From NCBI RefSeq assembly GCF_009914755.1, contig NC_060944.1: a DNA stretch of 64,000 nucleotides. One strand, written 5' to 3'. Below, piece by piece: positions 46,734 through 64,000 of the stretch; the first letter of the stretch is position 1, and each line of letters begins with the position of its first letter. The position numbers and the translations under genes are program-made. Below the pieces are notes generated by a model that searched no databases, was not told where the DNA came from, and worked only from the letters and a program-made list of their open reading frames with translations. The stretch is from the human T2T-CHM13v2.0 reference genome, Homo sapiens.

Positions 46734-47261
46734 CTAAGGGGGAAAAGAGAGCTGAGGCTAGGTAGGGAACAGCAAGTATGAGTGGGCTGGAGGGCTGCAG
46801 CTCCAGGCCCCACAAGCAAGATCACCAGCTCTTTTTTCCAACTCAGCCCCACTGTGGCCATACTAACACCTGCCCTGTCAGCCCAGAACCTTCCAGGAAC
46901 CTAGGTGTCTGCTCAGAAGCCCAAGACTGGGAGAAGCCATATCCTTTCCTACCAGACAGAAAGTGTCAGCACGATGAGTCTGTTCTTTGAAATCCAAATT
47001 TACAACCACTGCTAGTGGTTAGAAGCTTTTAGGGTTGGCTTGCATGTTGAAATCTTACTACCAAAGGATAAAGATATTTCTCTTACCACATATGCTTACA
47101 ATACTTCTATACCTCCTACCCTTCCATCACTGCTCCCCAGCCCATCCCTGGACAGAACTTGATTTAAGAAAAAAGTACAAAGTTCAAAGTTCATTTTCTG
47201 AGAGAAGCCAAAAGATGACTGTCCTGAGGCACAGCCATCACAGCTCAGGCCAGACAATTAC

Positions 47262-47581
47262 CTGGAATCCCTGGACTCTGGAAAGATAGTCCAGTTGCTC
47301 AGAGGGTCTCGTGAGAGGTCCATGGGGTACGTGGCCTGAAGAGATGTTATTCTTTAAAATGGTCTCGGCTGTGGGCGAGGTGCCCCCATACAACAACTCT
47401 CGGGCTATCATGGCAGTTACCGTGGCCTTGGCAGGATTCGGAGCTGCCCTGGTAAAATCTTTGGTGTGATGTCCTTGACTAACTCCTACAGCCTGGGCGA
47501 CCTCGGGCACCATGGGAAGAATTCCAGCAGGCAGCTGCTGATGACTTAGATAAGGCATCCTGAACTCATCCTCTTTATTAC
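47262..47581 (-). CDS. STAU1: STAU1 exon ([16 protein letters not shown]...LSRVQGFQ), 320 nt
   Basis: ccctcccag|GT ... CAG|gtaatt; ORF 47238..47783. Confidence 0.97.
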
Positions 47582-47817
47582 CTGGGAGGGACATACACGG
47601 TAAACACGAATCCACATCCACAGCCTGGAAAAACGCAATGACACCATCAAACCCCACGCTGGCCCTCCCCTTGGCACGCATGGCAGCGCAGGGAATCAGG
47701 GAATGATAAAGACACTTTGCATGCGGGACCTCACTGGCTGGGCTCCTGCTGTTATTCAGGACCCATGCAAATCCCAGAATCACGTTCAGAGGAAGACGAT
47801 ATTAAGATCACACTTAC

Positions 47818-47893
47818 TAGTCCCATTTTCATCCCCAGAGCCAGGTTCAAAAAAGGTTACTTTTCTTCCATCCCCTGGTTTCTTTATGGGTGT
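47818..47893 (-). CDS. STAU1: STAU1 exon ([25 protein letters not shown]), 76 nt; contains the RKVTF PP1-docking-type motif
   Basis: long polypyrimidine tract ttttttaag|ACA ... ACTA|gtaagt. Confidence 0.95.
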
Positions 47894-49466
47894 CTTAAAA
47901 AAGAAGAAGAAAAAAAAAAGGCCATGAGCATAAATCAGATCACTGAAAAATTAGCTCCTGCTGTCTAAATCTACACAAAGTCCAGTCAGCAATAACTGTG
48001 GCAATCGGCAGAAAAACCCTGCCCCACCTGACCACTGGCACCCTGACAGACACCTGGGCAGAGCCTGCCTCCTTCTCCTAATGCACCCTCCTGCCCACAC
48101 CCCTGCCCACAAAGAGCATCTAACAAAGTGCACTAACCTGTGAATGCTGAGCTGCACTCTGCACCCACAGGAAGACGGGAAGCATTTAACCAGAAAGAGC
48201 AGAGATGCTAGACGGTAGAGCCCACCAAGGTGGGGAAAGAAGCTTTCAGACTGAAGCTAAACAAATAAATCAAGAATATTTCCTGGAGCTGATATCCAAT
48301 TAAAAAATAAGGTGACATTCCAAAATTAACACCCTTACGGGGAAAATGTTATTACCTAAGAATTTTGTCTAACACAACATCACCTTTCTAAGAAGTAACA
48401 AAGGACACTCTGAATGTCCTACAAGATTCTGAAATGAAAAACCCTAAAGCCAAGTCTAAGATCTATACTGGTGGTATCTGGGGTCCCAGTCAGTTATTAA
48501 CTGGCCATGACTGATGCTGTTTCTGTCAATATGACTGGCAGACATGAATGAATCAGGCCTGATTTCAAGTTTATCTCACCAGGACCATTCAGTGATGGGA
48601 AAGAAGAAGGTCAGCCATGGCTTTTGCTGAGGTCCTGCTTACCACTTCTGGCAGACACGAATTTTTCTTTTTACGTTCCTTTTTTGTTGTTGTTGAGACA
48701 GGGTCTGTCGCCCAGGCTGAGTGCAGTGGCATGATCACAGCTCACTGCAGCCTTGACCTTCCAAGGCTCAATCCTCCCATCTCAGCCTTGTAGCTCGGGC
48801 TACAGGTACAAGCCACCATACCTGGCTGATATTTTAATTTTTTGTAGAGACAGGGTTTCATCATGTTGCTCAGACTGGTCTTGAACTCCTGGATTCAAGG
48901 CCTCAGCCTCCCAAATTACAAGTTTGAGCCACCACACCTGGCCGTGAATTTTTCAACAGGGGATTATTTTCATCTGATGTTTAACTCACATAGGAAAAAA
49001 GAAATCCCAAACCTAAACTTTGGATTTGGCCTGTCTCTACTGTCACACTGTCTTATTTTGCCAGAAAAATCAAAGCCTATTCCACAATTAACGAAAGCCT
49101 AACAGTTATAAATCTTTCACACAGGCTTCATTTCTAGAGTGCAAATCACACTTAGTAATTTCAGTCCTAATTACCCTTCATCCTCATCCTACAAATAGAG
49201 AGGAGCAAGCTGCCCTCCACAAAGCGTCCCCAGACCACAAAGATACTGACACAATCAACGATCTAACCCAGAGCCTCCTGGGGCCAGTGGACATGCGAGG
49301 CCCCTCTGAGCACATTATGGTCCAAATGGATGAGACACTCCTCAGCAGGACTCCTTGAACTGTCAGGCAGATAAAGCCTTGCCTTGAAGCCTGCCCCTGG
49401 AGGTGCCCCAGTTCCCTAGGGTGAGGCGAGAGACCATCTTGCAATCAGAGAGCCCACAGCACTCAC

Positions 49467-49613
49467 CTTCTCCTCTGACTTGAGTGCGGGTTTGGTGGGC
49501 TGCGCCTGCGGGACTTTGAAACCAAGGATCTCCAGCATGTTCTCGGCTGCATTGCGCTTGGCCACCTTCTTGTTGGTGCCCGTTCCTTCTGCAGTGTGGT
49601 TTCCAACCTTCAC
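49467..49613 (-). CDS. STAU1: STAU1 exon ([23 protein letters not shown]...KSEEK), 147 nt
   Basis: tttgtgcag|GTG ... AAG|gtgagt. Confidence 0.97.
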
Positions 49614-50250
49614 CTGCACAAAGAAGTCAAAACACAGACCAGTGCTTAAACCTTCAGAATAACAACCAGGCAGGAATTGGTGTGTCAGCAAAATAACCAA
49701 CTATGGTCAGAAGCAAGATAACAGCAGTGCCCCGAACCTGGCCTCCTTGTCTCTGAGAGCTAATTATTAAATAGTCAGGAGTTTGGGAAGCTGGCTGTTA
49801 AACACAGCCAGTATTAAACATTTAATTATATAAGCTGATAATTATTTTAACAGAGGTAATTTTTGACTGCATTTTATAATCATCTGTGTTCTGAGGGTCT
49901 GCCCAGCTATTGCATTTGTACAATGGAAACAGTCTGTGATGGTGAACTACTGTACATCTATTCCCAGCATTGCCATTGGAAGTATCACTTTGAGAGCTTG
50001 AAATCAGCCATGGTGGGACTATTTATACCACAGAAATATACAAATGCTACGTATCAAAGATCATAAGCTGTTTATTGTCTAACTCTAAACCTACAATGAT
50101 GAAAAGGTTAATAAAGCAGGTTAATCTTAAAAGCATGAGAAGTCTGCAGCCATTACATTGTAACTAGCACAAAAAACTGAAATATCTTCCCGTCTTTGAA
50201 AATTATCTAATTTTGCAGAGAAGCCACTCATATCATTTACAAATGAGTGA

Positions 50251-50634
<384 letters not shown>

Positions 50635-50672
50635 TAATCCCAGCACTTTGGGAGGCTGAGGTGGGTGGATCA

Positions 50673-50930
<258 letters not shown>

Positions 50931-51116
50931 TCATGCTACAACCAAAATCTCAAATCTACAGTATGTATTTGTCAGTGACATGAGCAACACCTTTGCTGAA
51001 CTGGATAGTAATAAACCATTATGTGTTGTCTGATTTTATAACACTATCGTTGGTAACTGTCACACTGAAATATGTATGAAATTTACAATAAAGTGTATAT
51101 TATTTATAAATTGTAC

Positions 51117-51211
51117 TACACATCCTGTCAGTAAAATTTATAAAACACACATATATGTCAGTATAATTTATAACACACATCCTTTGTGTCAGTAAAATTT
51201 ATAACACACAT
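51117..51211. repeat. Minisatellite, 3 copies of a ~30-31 bp unit (core TGTCAGTAAAATTTATAACACACAT)
   Basis: units start at 51126, 51156 and 51187. Confidence 0.85.
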
Positions 51212-51369
51212 GTATATAACACCCATGTATATATCTATAACATACATATTCAGCTCATTCCACCAAACCACCCTCCCCGAAGAAGAGTTGGTTGTTAAAC
51301 ATGTTCCAGCACATCACTACTTACAACCCCCTTCCAAGTTGATTGTAATAACAGGCACCTGGCTGCTAA

Positions 51370-51600
51370 AACCAAAAGCCCAGGTCACAAGACTCAGAGA
51401 GTCAAAGAAACCATTCCCTGGCCTGGGACTAAATTCCAACCTGGCCATCTACCAGCCATTTCATCTTGGGCAAACTACTGATCCTCTCAGCAAACTGCAA
51501 CTTCCTTTTGTGGAATGAAAGGATCATTCTTTTCCTACCTTCTGACTGCATAGGTAAAATATACGAGGTCAACTTTCTAAGTTATAAATTGCTATACAAG
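51370..51600 (+). mobile_element. MIR SINE
   Basis: cctgggactaaattcca...cttgggcaaac...tgtggaatgaaaggat. Confidence 0.5.
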
Positions 51601-52564
51601 AGATAAGGATTCTGTCTTACATCAGAAAGCACTTAAATTCAAATCACAATTAAGTTAAGCTGCCTATGTGAAATGACCACTTAGCTTTGAACTTAATCAG
51701 CTAAGTACAAAGAAATGTTCCATACTAATCTGAAGTGTCACCCAATCTAAGGAAGAGGTAACCCTAGATTCCAGACTCCATAAGAATTAGGAGGAAGAGG
51801 AACAGATCTCTTGATACTACTTACAAAATTTACCTTTGGTAAAGAGCAATGTCATAAACCTTCAAGGAGATGTAATGAAGAAAAACTTCTCCCAGCACCC
51901 ACCACCCCAGGACTCTTTCTTCCAAATTTCAGTGCAACACACCCACATTCCCACCAGTGCACCCAGCAGTAGTGCTGGTGTGCAGACATTACATTCATTT
52001 TTTTAAGCATTAAGATAAACAACTTAATCTTTGATATGTAGCCTTTACAGATTTCTGTGGTATGTTTAAGCTATCAAATTATTGCAAGCCACAAGGTCTT
52101 AATAAGGATCACAGTTGGCTGGGCGAGGTGGCTCACGCCTGTAATCCCAGCACTTTGGGAGGCTGAGGTGGGAGGATCACAAGGTCAGGAGATCAAAACC
52201 ATCCTGGCCAACATGGCGAAACTCCGTCTCTGCTAAAAATACAAAAAATTAGCTGGGCATGGTGGCACGTGCCTGTAATCCCAGCTACTCGGGAGGCTGA
52301 GGCAGGAGAATCGCTTCAATCAGGGAGTCGGAGGTTGTAGTGAGCTGAGACAGCACCACTGCACTCCAGCCTGGGCGACAGAGTGAGACTCCATCTCAAA
52401 AATAAATAAATAAATAAATAAATAAATAAGGATCACAGTCGCTGGCAGAACATGGCCCACAGGATCCAGCCTCCTCAGGAAGGTGTCCAGGCCTTGAACC
52501 GCCATCAGCCCCCAAGGCTGGACGTGGTCAGAGGAAGGGGCGCCCATCATCCATGCGGACCCAC

Positions 52565-52708
52565 CTGCATCACAAACTCCCTGCGGCGCGGGAGGCCTCG
52601 CTCTGTGAGGAGCGTGTACTCTGGCTCCTTCTCCTTTTTTGCCTGCTGGATCTGGGCCAGTCGGCTAATCGGATTGATCCCCTGGCCATATTCTGGGCTT
52701 GTCTGTGG
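52565..52708 (-). CDS. STAU1: STAU1 exon ([31 protein letters not shown]...REFVMQ), dsRBD4 N-half, 144 nt
   Basis: ttcctcag|CCA ... CAG|gtgggt. Confidence 0.96.
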
Positions 52709-53847
52709 CTGAGGAACAAACAAGGCAGAAACTCTGTAATGTTATTCACCGCATGAACTTGGTCAACTCAGAGATCAGGATATGAGAGGAGATAAGAGAT
52801 TTTGGGTTGACCTAATGGCTCAGAATTCGATTTTTTTTAATTTAACATTTTAACAATGAAAAGATGCTTTATTTTTTTTATGATTGTTCTAGGTGATTTT
52901 AAGGTCTTAGCAAACCAACATCAACATTTCACTATAACGAAGCGTCACTATGACTGCGACGGCTGTTTTTTAACATATTTCAACATATGACAGTAAATGG
53001 GCAGAAAAAACATAAAACACTATTCCTACAACTCCCCAAAAGTCTGAGCTATGATGGGTTCCCAATTTTCTTGAAAAGAACTCAAAATCCAGGAACCACT
53101 TTTTTAAAAAAGCTCAAGCTGATGCCACATGGCAAGAAGAACCTCAGAATCCCAGTTACTTCCTTGAGGCCACCTTTTGTGCCAAGGAACCCTCACTCTG
53201 CTGATCAGAAGTGACTTCCAGGCTATATTAAGCAAAAAAGGGAAACAAAAGGTATACATAGTATGCTTTTATGTAAGAAAAATTTGGATCTTGATACAGC
53301 ATGAAACTACATATACTGAAAATCACAAAGTTCCCCATGGAATTATGTCCCCTTTCTGGGGTTGGGGAAGGGGTCAATATAATGCTTTGATAGATCCATT
53401 AGTGTGGCTCAAAAATCCAAAAGAAAAGGCACACAGCAAAATGTCTCACTCCTACCCTCCCACTATGGGCCTCCTGCCTGGCACAAATCTCCTCCACCTT
53501 CAGAACAGCAACATGGTCACTGAGACACAGGCACTGTTATTTCACCACGCGCCCCACAGACCGGCATGGCGTTCCTGCCCAATACCCCACTGTGATCGCC
53601 AGGGCTGTGATGAGCGCCCTCCTGCACAGATGTGTGTGCCCGTCTGCGGGTACCTCTACTGAACTGACACAATGTCCTTATCTTACCTAACAGGTGGCTC
53701 TTGCAGCACCTCTAAGGGGTCTGGCAGGCCTGGGGTGTGGCACGTTGGTCTCATCCCCTTTCACCTTGGGGACAGCGACCAGCCTTCTAAACCCCCCACC
53801 CATCTATAAGTAATGAAAACACCTTCTGTGTTCAGAAAAGTTCTCAC

Positions 53848-54060
53848 CTTGACTATGGGTTTTGTTTTCTTTTTGATTCTAGGCTTTACTCGTTCAACTG
53901 CAGGCAGGGGCGGTAACTTCTTCAGCTCCTCAAGAACAGCTATGGCGGCATTTTTCTTTGAAATCTTCTTGCTTTTCCCTTCACCTTCCCCCACAAACTC
54001 CCCAACCGAAACCTTGGTCACAAAGTTCTTCATGTGGGGTGGGCCACTCTCCCGGGCCAC
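53848..54060 (-). CDS. STAU1: STAU1 exon, dsRBD3 C-half ([17 protein letters not shown]...KPIVK), 213 nt
   Basis: aaacag|GTG ... AAG|gtgaga; ORF 53761..54237; alternative acceptor at 54078. Confidence 0.97.
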
Positions 54061-54469
54061 CTGTTTCAGAGGGAAAGACTGAGTGAAAGCGGACAGACAC
54101 TTATTAAAAGCTCCAAGGCACACTGGCTGGCACACTTCACACAGACACAGGGAAGGGGAACCAAGGACAAGACCTACTAAATGAAAGGAAGCGGGGATCA
54201 TTTCAAATGCTTTCTCGCCTTTCTTCTTACTTCTCAAACTGGTTTATGCTCTTGAGTCTGGTGAGTCCCAAACAGTCAGGCATGAAATAGGGAGACCTTT
54301 TTACTCCCATGCCCCTGGCTCACAGGCTGTCCTGAGTTTAGTGTGGTCCACTGCAACTGGCAAAAAGGAAGCTAGCCCAGCAAAGTCCAGAAATAAATGC
54401 AGTACAAATGCTCAAGTTTAGTATCTGCTCTGAGCCTCCAGCCAGGACTAGGCCTACTAAATACTGGTT

Positions 54470-61500
<7,031 letters not shown>

Positions 61501-62069
61501 AAAGTGAGCCTCCAAAATGGATGCACTCTTTTTTTTTTTGGTGTAGGGGAAGGAGGTAGCGGAGAATGGGGGGTAGGAATTCAGCACAGTGGCCAGGAGC
61601 AGAGGTGTGGGAAGGACCTGGCCTGCTTAGGCACCCGTGGACTGATTTTAAAGAACTCCCATAGGTGCCGCCCACACCCAAGGGCAGAGATTCTGAAACA
61701 CTTCTTCCCACAACAGTGCTTTCCCTGTCCTCAGGTTAGACTTTGGAGGGACAGGTCAGCCACCCTGATGGCTCACTTCAAATGCACAGCCCACCCTGGC
61801 CCTCTCCAACGGCTTGCATTGTCTGCCCACATCAAGATCCCCCCAATCTAAATCTGGAGGATCACCTGGATTGCATGTGGTGTGAGCATGTCACAATTGT
61901 CTCCCGATGACCGTATCCATCAGCACCATCACATTTTCTAACTAAAACTGTATGTTTTATCAGAAGTCAAACTGGCTGGGCACGGTGGCTCATGCCTATA
62001 ATCCCATCACTTTAGGAGATCAAGGTGAGTGGATCACCTGAGGTCAGGAGTTCAAGACCAGACTGGCTA

Positions 62070-62325
<256 letters not shown>

Positions 62326-63573
62326 CTATTAAAACACCTAACGAAGCTTCCTATGTGACAGATTTAATTACCAAAAACTTAATCAAAAATTATTCTGTTC
62401 ATTTATTCAGTAACTATTTCCTAAACATCTAATACATGCCAGGCAACCTTCCAGCGGCAAAAGAAAGGAAAGACCTTGCTCAACATAATAATGCAAGCTA
62501 GTAAAAATTTCCTGATATTTGAGTTAATGAATATAAGCACTCACGCCACCAACTACATGCAAGCTGTGATAAATTACTTTAAAAGATCACCACGAGAGGG
62601 CACTCCTACAATTCTTTTATGTGACTACTGTCAAGATTCCTGAACACAGAGTTGAGAGCCAGATCTGAAACCTTAACAAAAGTGAAGGAGGAAAGGAAGC
62701 AATCTGACCCCAAATCCCACAGAACAAAAACATAAAATAGCAATCTCTAAGTTTCCAGAAATCTCAGTGACTCTGGGTAGCAGCAAGAGTGAGCAGGTGG
62801 TAAGCTTCTCAGGAATCCAAGGCTCTGGCCCAAGCCGTCAACTCTGCACATGAGGTGACCCGGGAAGCCAGCCAGGCATCTCCCACTCCCCACGGTCTTG
62901 GTACCCCTCCCCCACAACCTGCAAAAATCCACTCTCATGACAGACTAATCTGTCAGCAGGGGAGAAAAGCAACACTTCTCCCCTTTCCTGAAACAGGTGC
63001 CGGGGGAGACCTCATGACTCCTTGGGATGCAGCTCCCATCTTTTTCCCACTCAACTGTGAGCCCAAACAGCCATTCTGAATGTCCCCTGTCTCATTCCCT
63101 CCCCAAGTGCATCCCAGCCTCCACTGATGGAGGGAGAAAGGCCAGGGAGGGAATGTAGGGCCAGGTGAGAAGATTCCAGCCCTAGATCCATGTCGGTGCT
63201 CTGGACTCCAAGAGAACAGTGTAAACCTGCTCTTACCCACTGAGGGTGGAGGGGCAGGAATGAGTGTCAGAGGAATGGAGAGGAACAAACAAGCCCTCGT
63301 ACCCAGGTGGGCCACAGTAGGGAGCCCTGGCAACTACAATCCCACCTCTGGCCCATGGCAGGCAGAGAGGCATCAGCAGGGTGAGGTGAGAAATCATCAT
63401 CACTCGGCCAAAGGATGGAGCACTGAAGCTGGGTTAAGTTTAGGGTGCTAGCACATAGGAGGAGAAGGTATACATCACCTGTAACTGTAAAGAATACTTC
63501 AAAGATATTTTACAGGAATATAAGCTTCAGATAGGCTTTTTAAGAAACAAGCCATAATCAAGCACGTAAATCA

Positions 63574-64000
<427 letters not shown>

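Noticed and set aside
47582-47783. ORF 47238..47783 extends in frame through most of a short STAU1 intron
   Set aside because: The exon is defined by GT-AG at 47581; the extension does not reach the upstream exon, so full intron retention would not be read through
62740-63450. GC-richer unique intronic stretch as a promoter or CpG island
   Set aside because: Few CpGs and no convincing motif; enhancer status cannot be judged from sequence alone

Overview
Primate (almost certainly human, chr20q13.13) genomic DNA containing the 3' parts of two convergent genes. CSE1L (exportin-2/CAS, + strand): 17 coding exons from 1790 to the stop at 25939 (715 aa, about residues 257-971), with AATAAA at 26424. 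STAU1 (Staufen-1, - strand): the last 8 coding exons from 54060 to the stop at 44363 (374 aa) and a ~1.5 kb 3'UTR ending near 42825. About 16 kb of intergenic DNA separates them. The window is very Alu-rich, with old L1M, MIR and DNA-transposon relics, a young AluYb8, a U6 fragment, a tRNA-Gly 5'-half retrocopy and, at the right edge, the start of an ARPC3 processed pseudogene. Nearly all ORFs in the supplied track are Alu/L1 artefacts. Points worth a second look: alternative splice signals (CSE1L GAG acceptor on exon 9, a donor 3 nt inside exon 10, a TYF-stop acceptor; STAU1 SFPLKQ insertion), several unexplained duplications, and a speculative chain of minus-strand exon-like segments between STAU1 and CSE1L that could be a read-through/antisense transcript or a decayed gene. 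Gene names, exon numbers and repeat subfamilies come from my recognition, not from database searches.
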